From a virus, in the IMG/VR virus record IMGVR_UViG_3300020109_000011, positions 22,484 through 86,483 of that record: DNA of 64,000 nucleotides, one strand, 5' to 3'. The notes below the pieces were generated by a model. It had not been told where the DNA came from and made no database searches. It saw nothing but the letters and a program-made list of their open reading frames with translations. Of this stretch, positions 54,970 to 62,891 are shown piece after piece. The translations under genes were made by a program, and so were the position numbers. The stretch's first letter is position 1, and each line of letters opens with the position of its first letter.

Positions 54970-56034
54970 TCAACGGTGGAGCGCGTAGACCTTGTCGGTC
55001 ACGACCAGCGGCTTGCCCTCGGGGCCCTTCACGTAGGGCGCCCGCCAGATCCGGGCCATGAAGCGCCCGGGCGCGACCTCCTGCGCCAGCGGGTGGTCCG
55101 GCCCGACGTGGTACCAGGCCCAGTGGCCGCGCACGACCCAGCGGTGCGACCACTCCACCAGAGTCTCCCCCTCGGCGCGGGCGCTCTCCTTGCGGCGCAG
55201 CTGGACCACGGTGACGCGGTGCGGGATGCCCATCCGGCCGGTCCGCTTCCGCCGGGCCCTGTCAACCGGGGCGTCGGAGGTGTCGGCGACCGTCTGGCCC
55301 AGCAGCAGCCAGAAGGCGTGCATCAGGCGGACCGGGTTCGTGAACTCGTGCGGCGTGTCGCCCTCGGCGAGGATCTGTGCGGCGTGCTCCTCGCGCGTGG
55401 TCATCATCGCCGGGCCCAGCCGCATCCCCTCGTAGAGGTTGTTGCAGCCGATCAGGCCCCAGCGGCCCAGCGTGCGCTCGACCTCGTCCACGGCCGACTG
55501 CGGGAAGCCCTTGCTCTCGGCGTCCTTCGGGAGCAGCGCGTAGATCTCGTCGGGCTCCTCGCGGTGGTCGTTGAACAGGTAGATCACCGTGCCGGTCATC
55601 GGCTCGCCCGTGTCGTGCTGGGCGTACTGCACCAGCACCGGGGCCCAGCAGGCCCAGCTGATCAGCATCTTCCGGCCGCGCACGTCGTGGAACGGCAGCC
55701 CGCCCTCGAACCGCGCGATGCCCGAGCGGGTCGGCATGATCGAGTGCTGGATCCGGTCCAGGCCGTCCAGCTGGCTGGCCGCGTACTGGATCAGCGTGCC
55801 CATCTCGGCCGAGACGTGGTAGGCGGCAGCGTTGGGCAGGGTCTGGCGCAGCGCGTCCACCACGGCCGCACCCTGTGCGCGGGCCAGCGGCGGGCTCTCG
55901 ATGGCCTCCTGCACGGCCGCACGCGGGTTGTGGATGTCCAGGGCCACCTGACCGGTCCACATGCGCCGCAGCAGCGGGTTCTCCAGCCGGACCATCAGGT
56001 CGGCCTTGTGGTCCAGCACCTCGGGCGCCCTCAC
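54970..56034 (-). CDS. Conserved phage protein with C-terminal VRGHW motif
   Basis: HRW.VRGHW...IW..PYVKGP..KP; stop codon inside GTTGACA. Confidence 0.7.
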   Translation of the reverse strand: MRAPEVLDHKADLMVRLENPLLRRMWTGQVALDIHNPRAAVQEAIESPPLARAQGAAVVDALRQTLPNAAAYHVSAEMGTLIQYAASQLDGLDRIQHSIMPTRSGIARFEGGLPFHDVRGRKMLISWACWAPVLVQYAQHDTGEPMTGTVIYLFNDHREEPDEIYALLPKDAESKGFPQSAVDEVERTLGRWGLIGCNNLYEGMRLGPAMMTTREEHAAQILAEGDTPHEFTNPVRLMHAFWLLLGQTVADTSDAPVDRARRKRTGRMGIPHRVTVVQLRRKESARAEGETLVEWSHRWVVRGHWAWYHVGPDHPLAQEVAPGRFMARIWRAPYVKGPEGKPLVVTDKVYALHR

Positions 56035-56255
56035 AGGAGCATCCGGGGGAAGGGCAGCTGCTTGGTCTCCAGCGCGGCGGCGGCCAGGTAGCCCGCCTGG
56101 GCGTTGGACCCGGCGATGGCCTCCAGCACGCCCTCCCACAGCCCGTGCTCCAGGATGGTGGCCGAGACGTAGTCGGCGGCGGCGGCGGCCTTGGCCACCA
56201 GGCCCACCTCGCGGCGGACCTCGGCCACGGACGAGAACGGCACGGCGGCGGTCAC
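56031..56255 (-). CDS. Small hypothetical protein
   Basis: GTGA coupling at both ends. Confidence 0.55.
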   Translation of the reverse strand: MTAAVPFSSVAEVRREVGLVAKAAAAADYVSATILEHGLWEGVLEAIAGSNAQAGYLAAAALETKQLPFPRMLL

Positions 56256-56593
56256 GCCCGCACCGTCCCGCCCAGCGCGCCGCGCACGGCCACGACCGCG
56301 AAGATCGCGCGGCCCTCGGCGTCCATCCGGGCCCGCACCGCGCGGGCGTCGGCCGGGAGGACGTAGGAGTCCAGCTTCGCGGCCCAGCGCGGGCCGCGCG
56401 GGTCGTCGGCCAGCCGCTCGGTCTCGAAGCGGATCAGCGCGCCGTAGGTGGCGCCGGAGCGGCCGTTGATCAGGGTGGCGGGCTCGGTCGTCTCGATGCG
56501 CTCGGCCTGGAGGAGGGCCAGCCACAGGGCGTCGTTGACCTCGCCCTGTGCGAGGGCTCCGGTCGGGGTGCTGGGGATCAGGGTCTGCGTCAT
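56252..56593 (-). CDS. MTQT-start hypothetical protein
   Basis: Leaderless start. Confidence 0.7.
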   Translation of the reverse strand: MTQTLIPSTPTGALAQGEVNDALWLALLQAERIETTEPATLINGRSGATYGALIRFETERLADDPRGPRWAAKLDSYVLPADARAVRARMDAEGRAIFAVVAVRGALGGTVRA

Positions 56594-56629
56594 GGCTCTA
56601 GTATGCACTCCGTTGTCAACAGTGTCAAC
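56583..56629 (-). promoter_or_regulatory. MTQT cassette 7: TTGACA-CTG-TTGACA-N8-CATACT-N6-ATGACGCAGAC
   Basis: Read directly from the sequence. Confidence 0.85.
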
Positions 56630-56633
56630 AGGG

Positions 56634-57032
56634 TCAGCAGTGCGTGTTGCCGACCTGGTTGACGAAGTCCCGGGCCTCGGTGTCGGTCAGGCCGAAGTTC
56701 CAGACCAGCGAGTCGGCCATGTTGACCACCGGCACCCCGGCGGTGAAGCCCTCGCAGATCAGGTCGGCGGTCTGCTCGACCAGCGCGACCTGCTCGGGGG
56801 TGAGGTCCGCGCCGGGCACGAGCTCGACGGCCACCGACTGGTAGACCGGGATCGCGTCGATGCGCTGGAACTCCACGGCCGGGGTGTCAACCACCTGGGC
56901 CTGGGTGCCGGGGTTCGGCATCAGCAGCAGGGCCATCAGGCCGAAGGCCAGCGTGGCCAGGACGACCAGGGCGCCACGAGCGGCGGCCTGGGTGCGGGTG
57001 AGGGCGGGGGCGAGGGCGAAGGTCTGCGTCAT
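56634..57032 (-). CDS. MTQT-start membrane-anchored protein (DUF732-like C-terminus)
   Basis: TM helix; A..IC.....G.........GL....A..FV......C. Confidence 0.65.
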   Translation of the reverse strand: MTQTFALAPALTRTQAAARGALVVLATLAFGLMALLLMPNPGTQAQVVDTPAVEFQRIDAIPVYQSVAVELVPGADLTPEQVALVEQTADLICEGFTAGVPVVNMADSLVWNFGLTDTEARDFVNQVGNTHC

Positions 57033-57069
57033 GCCCAGAGTCTCGGCTATCTCGTTGACAATGTTGAGC
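57022..57069 (-). promoter_or_regulatory. MTQT cassette 8 with inverted box pair (GTTGACA-AT-GTTGAG on +)
   Basis: GAGACT-N6-ATGACGCAGAC on minus; boxes on plus; divergent gene pair. Confidence 0.7.
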
Positions 57070-57155
57070 CGACGCGCCGAAGTTCTTTCGCGCGTCGCCG
57101 GACAACGCGCCGAGGTGCGACGTTCTGGGTCACCGGGGGCTCCTACGCTCGCGGC

Positions 57156-57674
57156 GTGGAGCTCATCGACCTGGACGACCTCACCGACCGGGGCCTGCTG
57201 AAGCAGGTGCTCCGATCTGTCAACCGCATGGAGGAACGCATGACCGCGCTCACCGACGCCATCGGCCGCCTGGCCGGGGCCATCACCGACCGGATCGGCA
57301 CGCTGGAGGACACCATCGCGCGCGAGCGTGAGGCGGCCGAGGCGCTGGCCGCCGCCGAGGCGGCCGAGGACGTGGAGCAGAACGCCGAGCGCGACCGGCT
57401 CATCAGCGAGCGGGACGCGGCGCGCGCCGAGACCGACCGCGTGCTGGCCGAGGCCACCGAGCAGGTGGATGCGCTCACCGCGCAGGTGCAGGGTTCCCAG
57501 GAGGCGCCGGGCACCGAGGAGCCGGACGCCCCGACCGAGCCGGAGACCCCGGCGGGCGGCGGCGGCACGGTGGACGGCAGCGAGGGCGAGGTCCCCGGGG
57601 TGACCCCGGTGGAGACCGAGCCGGTCGCCAGCGAGCCGGTCGGCGAGGGCGACCAGCCGCAGCAGCAGGGCTGA
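57156..57674 (+). CDS. Coiled-coil protein with acidic tail
   Basis: TACGCT-N6-GTG leaderless start; GC3 bias. Confidence 0.65.
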   Translation: MELIDLDDLTDRGLLKQVLRSVNRMEERMTALTDAIGRLAGAITDRIGTLEDTIAREREAAEALAAAEAAEDVEQNAERDRLISERDAARAETDRVLAEATEQVDALTAQVQGSQEAPGTEEPDAPTEPETPAGGGGTVDGSEGEVPGVTPVETEPVASEPVGEGDQPQQQG

Positions 57675-57680
57675 CGCAGC

Positions 57681-57710
57681 GAGGCCCGGACCCATGCGGG
57701 TCCGGGCCTC
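57681..57710. terminator. Bidirectional hairpin terminator
   Basis: GAGGCCCGGACCC-ATGC-GGGTCCGGGCCTC between convergent genes. Confidence 0.75.
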
Positions 57711-57921
57711 GTGTCAACCAGCCTGCTGGTCGCGCTTCTCGGTGGAGATCTCGGCCAGCGCGTCGCGGCGGCCGTCCCGGCGCCCGACCTTGTAGGCCGC
57801 CTTCAGCGCCTCGTGCAGGAAGTCCACCCGCTTGACCGTCCCGGCCGAGTGCATCCGGCGCAGGAGGCGGGCACTCTCCTCGATGCTCGGCTCGGCCACA
57901 AGCCCACTCTGCGGGGTCTGC

Positions 57922-58275
57922 TCAGGCCCCGCTCTGCTGCTGTGACCAGGGCAGTAACAGCCCGTCATCGGGGTACCGGGGCACCACGTGGACGTGCAGG
58001 TGGAAGACCGTCTGGGTCGCCGCCCGACCGGCTGAGGTGATCAGGTTCACATCCGCCCCGACCATCTCCTGGGCGAGCTCGGCCGCCCGGCGGAAGACCT
58101 CCCCGGTCACGTAGGGCGCCGTCCGGGCGTCGGCCACGTGCTGGTGAGGCACCACGAGCACGTGTCCGGGCACCACCGGGTTGAGCGGCCGGAAGGCGAT
58201 GTCGTCCGGCCAGCGCCGGATGATCTCGGCCTCGGCCTCGCCCCGGACGATCTTGCAGAACACGCACTCGCCCAT
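57922..58275 (-). CDS. HIT-family nucleotide hydrolase
   Basis: CVFC.I; P..PGHVLVVP..H; QTVFHLHVHVVPR histidine triad. Confidence 0.9.
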   Translation of the reverse strand: MGECVFCKIVRGEAEAEIIRRWPDDIAFRPLNPVVPGHVLVVPHQHVADARTAPYVTGEVFRRAAELAQEMVGADVNLITSAGRAATQTVFHLHVHVVPRYPDDGLLLPWSQQQSGA

Positions 58276-58688
58276 CAGCCCGGCCACCTCTCGTCGTGCA
58301 CCTCGATGTCGGCGTAGCTGCCGAACAGCCCGGCGAAGGTCGGCAGCCGCTGCCCGGTCACCCGGGACTCGAAGGTCCGCACCGGTACCGACCGCAGCTG
58401 GCCCGAGCGGTACTCCTCGTGCGCGGCCGTCAGGGCCTGGTAGACCGCGTCCTCGTTCGGCCCCTGGTTGACACGCCACTTCCGGCCGCAGCCCGGACAG
58501 CGGAGCTCCCCAGCCGTCGGGCCCATCTCGACCTCGACGTGCGGACGGTCGTGCAGGAAGTAGTGCGGGCTGGGCGGCCAGACCAGGCGCTGGATCCGGA
58601 ACGCGATCTCGTTGCGCCCGTCCTCGTCCAGGTCCAGCGACTTCGCCAGCTGGACGGCGGTCTCCATGATGTCGTCGTCGGTGATCAC
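58275..58688 (-). CDS. Hypothetical protein
   Basis: Coupled ORF; CPGCG. Confidence 0.6.
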   Translation of the reverse strand: MITDDDIMETAVQLAKSLDLDEDGRNEIAFRIQRLVWPPSPHYFLHDRPHVEVEMGPTAGELRCPGCGRKWRVNQGPNEDAVYQALTAAHEEYRSGQLRSVPVRTFESRVTGQRLPTFAGLFGSYADIEVHDERWPG

Positions 58689-59083
58689 GCGACCCCCGCC
58701 CGCCGTGCAGCCGCCCGCGCCTCGCGCTCCCGCTGGGCGTCGTCCAGCGTCCAGATCCACAGCTGGCGGTCGGCGTCCTCGGGCTGGTTGAAGATGATCC
58801 GGCGCCGAGCCTGGGACGGCCGCCGCACGCCGTGCGCGTACCCGAGCGAGAAGACCCGGTGCCCCTCGGCGGTCAGCGCGCCCCCGAGCACGTCGAAGAC
58901 CGTGCCGTAGATCCCGAACGGCCAGATGAACATCTTGATCCGCAGGTAGCTGCCCCGGGGCCCCAGCCGCAGCGAGCCGTTGGGCTTGGCCACCCGGTCC
59001 CGGAGCTCGGCCAGCGTCACCAGGCGGGCGCCCGCAGGCACCCCGCCCGGCCGCTTGTCCGGGGTCTGCACCGGCTCCAGCAT
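58685..59083 (-). CDS. Hypothetical protein
   Basis: TGATG coupling. Confidence 0.6.
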   Translation of the reverse strand: MLEPVQTPDKRPGGVPAGARLVTLAELRDRVAKPNGSLRLGPRGSYLRIKMFIWPFGIYGTVFDVLGGALTAEGHRVFSLGYAHGVRRPSQARRRIIFNQPEDADRQLWIWTLDDAQREREARAAARRAGVA

Positions 59084-59436
59084 CACTCCACCACCTGCCA
59101 GTCCCCGACCAGACGCCGGACGATCTCGAAGTGCTTGTGGTCCTCGGGGTCGTGCCCCGCGATCTTCGTCAGGTGCCACTGGGCGGCCTCCAGCGTGCCG
59201 CGCTTCCCGTAGAGCGCCTTCGGGATGATCCGGGGCAGGGCGTAGACCCAGTCCTCGGACTTGGACCGGACGCACCACTCGTAGCGCAGGCCCTCCTCCT
59301 CCCGCAGCACCGCCAGCGCGCGCTCGGCGCGGCCGGGCTCCCCGGTGAACTCCCCCATGTCAACCGGGCACTGGGGGTCGCCGTAGGCGCACCGGGCGCG
59401 CGTGCAGTGGCCCCGGTGGATGGCCTCGTCACCCAC
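59083..59436 (-). CDS. Hypothetical protein
   Basis: H..HC....C.YG...CPV; VRRLVG.W end motif. Confidence 0.6.
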   Translation of the reverse strand: MGDEAIHRGHCTRARCAYGDPQCPVDMGEFTGEPGRAERALAVLREEEGLRYEWCVRSKSEDWVYALPRIIPKALYGKRGTLEAAQWHLTKIAGHDPEDHKHFEIVRRLVGDWQVVE

Positions 59437-59818
59437 GGGCCCGGTCCGCCTTCCAGCTCTCCAGCACCTGATCCAGCGGCTGGCCGGTCATCCCCTCGGT
59501 GTCCCGCAGGATCACCAGCTGGTTGGGCCGCAGCCACTGGAGGAAGTCGTGCACGGCCTCGGACCCGGCGGTTGACAGGTGCCGGGCCAGCAGCGAGATC
59601 GCGCCGTCCTGGCTGTGCCCGCCGAAGGTCAGGTCGTCCAGGATCGCGCTGGCCTGCGCGCGCTGGCTGGCCGTGCTCGGCGGCACCGCGTGCTGGAGGG
59701 CGCCCTTCTCCCGCTCGTCGGCCAGCGCCTGCGCGATGGCCCAGACGGTGGGCTGGTAGCCGTCCTCGCCCAGCAACTCCTCGGCGTGGTCCTGGTCGGC
59801 CTGGGTCGGCTTCGCCAT
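59429..59818 (-). CDS. Hypothetical protein
   Basis: TGATG coupling. Confidence 0.6.
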   Translation of the reverse strand: MAKPTQADQDHAEELLGEDGYQPTVWAIAQALADEREKGALQHAVPPSTASQRAQASAILDDLTFGGHSQDGAISLLARHLSTAGSEAVHDFLQWLRPNQLVILRDTEGMTGQPLDQVLESWKADRARG

Positions 59819-60162
59819 CAGCCCAGCACCTCCACCGGCAGCACGGTGGACCGCAGGGTCATGCCCGCGCGCGGGCTGTAGACGCCCTGCACGGCCCAGC
59901 GGGCCCGGTCCTCGGCCATCGCCCGGGCGTCGGGGTAGACGTACTCGATCAGCCGCAGCACGCGCACGCCGCCCTTCGCCCGGGCCAGGCCGCGCGCCTC
60001 CGCGTCGGCGATGGCCTGGGCCAGCAGCCCGGCCACCTCGCCGCGCTCGGGGTAGTCCTGGGGCAGCAGGTCGTTGGCCACGTCCCAGTGCTCGGTGGTC
60101 GGCTCGATCTCGTTGATGCTCGCGCTGCCCATCTGCATGGTGATGCGCTCGGTGTCGGCCAT
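59818..60162 (-). CDS. Hypothetical protein
   Basis: TGATG coupling; GGAGG RBS. Confidence 0.6.
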   Translation of the reverse strand: MADTERITMQMGSASINEIEPTTEHWDVANDLLPQDYPERGEVAGLLAQAIADAEARGLARAKGGVRVLRLIEYVYPDARAMAEDRARWAVQGVYSPRAGMTLRSTVLPVEVLG

Positions 60163-60569
60163 CAGGCCATCGCCTCCTCAGGCTTGCTGTCCATCCACCA
60201 CAGGCCCTTGCTGGGCGCCGCGTGGTCCCACTCGGTGTCGTGCATGACCAGGCCCCCGGGAGTCCCCCTGCGCCCGAGGACCGGGGCGTGCCCCCGGGGG
60301 TACTCGCAGCGCGCCTCCAGGTAGGCCCCCTTCGGGTTGTCGATCTCGTGCACCGCCGCGCACCTGCGCTCGTCCTGGATGGCCAGCGCGCGCTGGAGGA
60401 CCAGGTCATCGATCTTGCGCTGGGCGTTGCGCATCCGGGTGCGCGCGGACCGGACCAGCGGGCGCTGGTCGCTCTGGTCCACCCGCACCCCGGCGATGCC
60501 CGAGGCCATCCGCCAGACGTAGGTCGGCTTCAGCAGCTGGCTCATGAAGCCCTCGAAGGTCAGCATCAC
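60162..60569 (-). CDS. Hypothetical protein
   Basis: Coupled ORF; C...C....GH. Confidence 0.55.
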   Translation of the reverse strand: MMLTFEGFMSQLLKPTYVWRMASGIAGVRVDQSDQRPLVRSARTRMRNAQRKIDDLVLQRALAIQDERRCAAVHEIDNPKGAYLEARCEYPRGHAPVLGRRGTPGGLVMHDTEWDHAAPSKGLWWMDSKPEEAMA

Positions 60570-60823
60570 GAGCCCTCCAGCGACGGCACGGACTTCCAGG
60601 TCCGGCCGCCGTTCAGGGCGGTCCCGGCGACCACGGCCAGCCCCTGCCGCTCCAGGGCCTTCATGGCCACCAGGGTCTGGCCCGGTGGCAGCTTCAGCGC
60701 CTGCGCGATCTCGGTGATGGTCTCCGGGGACCAGCCCAGGTTCCGGGCCCGTCGGAGGCGGTCCAGGACGGCCTGCTGCCGGGCGTTGAGCTCGCGCCGC
60801 TGACGGCCGTCGGGAGCGGTCAC
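60566..60823 (-). CDS. Winged HTH protein (LexA-DBD-like)
   Basis: LNARQQAVLD.L......P.TI.EIA.AL.......MKALERQGL. Confidence 0.65.
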   Translation of the reverse strand: MTAPDGRQRRELNARQQAVLDRLRRARNLGWSPETITEIAQALKLPPGQTLVAMKALERQGLAVVAGTALNGGRTWKSVPSLEGS

Positions 60824-61158
60824 AGGTACATCCCGGCGAGCTCGAAGGTCAGCGCCACGAGCTCGGTCTTCTCGCCGCCGTCCTCGGTCCACACCACCCG
60901 GAAGGACTCCGGGACCAGCAGGTTGTCCAGCATCAGCGAGGACGGCATCTCGTCCTCGAACAGGGTGACCGTCCAGGCCGGGGCCTTGGCCGGGGAGAAC
61001 ATCGACGGGGCCGGACGGTCCAGGTACTGCACGGTCCGCACGCCGGGCCGCAGGGCCAGCATCTGCTCGGCCGCCGCGAGCACGCGGGGATCGCCCCAGC
61101 CGACCGACCGGGCCTGGAAGACCTCGGCGTTCAGCTGGACGACGACGGTGGTGATCAT
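60820..61158 (-). CDS. Hypothetical protein
   Basis: GAGGAGG RBS. Confidence 0.6.
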   Translation of the reverse strand: MITTVVVQLNAEVFQARSVGWGDPRVLAAAEQMLALRPGVRTVQYLDRPAPSMFSPAKAPAWTVTLFEDEMPSSLMLDNLLVPESFRVVWTEDGGEKTELVALTFELAGMYL

Positions 61159-61316
61159 GTGCGCCTCCTCAGGCGGTTGACACGGCGACGCCAGCGCCAG
61201 CGGGACCAGAAGCCCGCGTGCAGCGCCACGTCCTCGGAGCAGACCAGGCAGCGCCAGGACCAGTAGAGGGGCCCTGGCGCTGCCGCGTGGTCGTAGATCA
61301 GGCCGTTGCGGATCAC
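61155..61316 (-). CDS. Small hypothetical protein
   Basis: GTGA/ATGA coupling; W.C.VC. Confidence 0.45.
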   Translation of the reverse strand: MIRNGLIYDHAAAPGPLYWSWRCLVCSEDVALHAGFWSRWRWRRRVNRLRRRT

Positions 61317-61951
61317 AGCAGCGCGGTGGTGGTGAGCACCGCGCCCTGCTGCTCCAGCTGGGCCAGGGCGTCCTGGCTGCTCTGGAGGGCCACCCCGGCC
61401 ACCAGGTCGGTGATGACCCGGACCTGCGCCAGCCGCTGGCTGCGGACCAGGCCCAGCGCGTGCAGCGCGGACTCCTTCACGCAGTAGTCGGTGGCGATGC
61501 CGACCACGTCCAGGGCCTCGATCTGGTCCACGCCCAGCTGGTAGGACAGCGGCGCGTTGCCGCGCGCCGTGCGCCCCTGGAAGGCCGAGTAGTCCGGCCG
61601 ACCCTGGCCCTTGCGGATGACCTTGATCGGCGTGCCCTCCCAGCCCAGGACGAGCTCGGGGTGCAGCTGGGACCCCTCGGTGCCGGACACGCAGTGCACC
61701 GGCCAGGTGGTCACGTAGTCGGGGTCGGTGCCCGGCGCGGCGAAGTGGCCGCCGTTGAGGCTGGGCAGCGGGTCGTGCCAGTCCTGCGACACGTAGATGC
61801 GCGAGTAGCGGTCCTGGTGGGCCGCCATGATCTTCGTGGAGATGTCGCGGGCCACCTGGGCCCCGCCGGTCACCGCGAGGGCGCCGCCCTCGCAGAAGTC
61901 CCTCTGCACGTCCACGATCAGGAGCCCTCGGCGGGCCTGGGTCTGCGTCAT
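61313..61951 (-). CDS. pncA: Nicotinamidase/pyrazinamidase (isochorismatase family), MTQT start
   Basis: IVDVQ.DFCEGGALAV.GG; QDWH; WP.HCV.GT.G; KG....YSAF; GIATDYCV. Confidence 0.88.
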   Translation of the reverse strand: MTQTQARRGLLIVDVQRDFCEGGALAVTGGAQVARDISTKIMAAHQDRYSRIYVSQDWHDPLPSLNGGHFAAPGTDPDYVTTWPVHCVSGTEGSQLHPELVLGWEGTPIKVIRKGQGRPDYSAFQGRTARGNAPLSYQLGVDQIEALDVVGIATDYCVKESALHALGLVRSQRLAQVRVITDLVAGVALQSSQDALAQLEQQGAVLTTTALL

Positions 61952-61987
61952 GGAACAAGTATGGGCCCCGCTGTCAACTGTGTCAAC
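61941..61987 (-). promoter_or_regulatory. MTQT cassette 9: TTGACA-CAG-TTGACA-N8-CATACT-N6-ATGACGCAGAC
   Basis: Read directly; flanked by the inverted repeat TATGGGCCCCG/CGGGGCCCATA. Confidence 0.85.
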
Positions 61988-62016
61988 AACGGGGCCCATA
62001 CGGGTGAGCGTGCCGC

Positions 62017-62310
62017 TCAGAAGGCGACGACCTTCGGGCCGTCGTCCAGCACCTTCTCGGCCTCGAACACGGCCTCGGTGGCGTCGGGCGCGAACACCCG
62101 GATGACCATCCGGCCGGTCTTGCCGCGCGCCATGACCTCCACCGGGACCGGCAGGTTCCAGACGCGCTTGCCGTAGGCGTTGAGCACGGCCCGGTACTGG
62201 GCGAGCCAGGTGTCCACGGCCTCGGGGCCGGTCGGGCCGAAGTCCACCAGGAAGTTCTCGGGCTGGATGACGGGAGCCTCGGTCCCGTCGCTCAGGGTCT
62301 TGGTCTGCAT
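62017..62310 (-). CDS. Hypothetical protein
   Basis: GGAGGA RBS; GC3 bias. Confidence 0.7.
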   Translation of the reverse strand: MQTKTLSDGTEAPVIQPENFLVDFGPTGPEAVDTWLAQYRAVLNAYGKRVWNLPVPVEVMARGKTGRMVIRVFAPDATEAVFEAEKVLDDGPKVVAF

Positions 62311-62320
62311 GGGGTCCTCC

Positions 62321-62461
62321 TCAGACGGTCAGGGAACGGACGCGGCGCGCCTGGAGCCGCCACATCAGCAGGGCGACGCGGACCGGGCCCATGCTCGGCG
62401 CGGTGGCCGGGGTCTGGAAAGCGGCGGGCCGGGTGCGGATCGCCTGCCAGGTCTGCGTCAT
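62321..62461 (-). CDS. MTQT-start 46-aa peptide (not in ORF track)
   Basis: MTQTWQAIRTRPAAFQTPATAPSMGPVRVALLMWRLQARRVRSLTV; stop directly before the RBS of the next gene. Confidence 0.6.
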   Translation of the reverse strand: MTQTWQAIRTRPAAFQTPATAPSMGPVRVALLMWRLQARRVRSLTV

Positions 62462-62497
62462 GGAGAAAGTATGGCGCGCCGTGTCAACAGTGTCAAC
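62451..62497 (-). promoter_or_regulatory. MTQT cassette 10: TTGACA-CTG-TTGACA-N8-CATACT-N6-ATGACGCAGAC
   Basis: Read directly from the sequence. Confidence 0.85.
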
Positions 62498-62519
62498 ACG
62501 GCGCGCTCTACCGGGTGAG

Positions 62520-62891
62520 TCAGATGCCGATGTCCTCGGGCTCGGTCACCCAGCGGCGGACCACCCGGACGGTCAGGTGCCAGCCCTCCTCCCGCAGCTT
62601 GACCACCCGGGCGTTGGCCGGGCCCTGGTGCTGGTTCCACGGCGTCAGCGCCTGCCAGAACCCGGACCGGGTGAGCTCCTGGGCCTGGTACTCGGCGCGG
62701 AAGTCGGTGGTCCCCAGCGAGCGGACCGTGTTGACGGCCAGCACGGCCTCGGCGGCATCGTTCGCCGCCACGTCCCGGGCGCCCAGGAAGCTGGCCACGG
62801 GCTGGTCGTCGTGGTGGTTGTCGGTGCCCGCGCCCTCGTAGACGTGCTCGGCCCGGTTCCGGCCGACCCGCCACTCCCCGGCGGCGGTCAC
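62520..62891 (-). CDS. Hypothetical protein
   Basis: WRVGR....VYE; VVRRWVT; GTGA coupling. Confidence 0.6.
   Translation of the reverse strand: MTAAGEWRVGRNRAEHVYEGAGTDNHHDDQPVASFLGARDVAANDAAEAVLAVNTVRSLGTTDFRAEYQAQELTRSGFWQALTPWNQHQGPANARVVKLREEGWHLTVRVVRRWVTEPEDIGI

Noticed and set aside
20522-62497. PafBC (TGTCGG-N10-TANNNT) or LexA SOS boxes
   Set aside because: The sequence matches neither consensus; only the position in the spacer is analogous.
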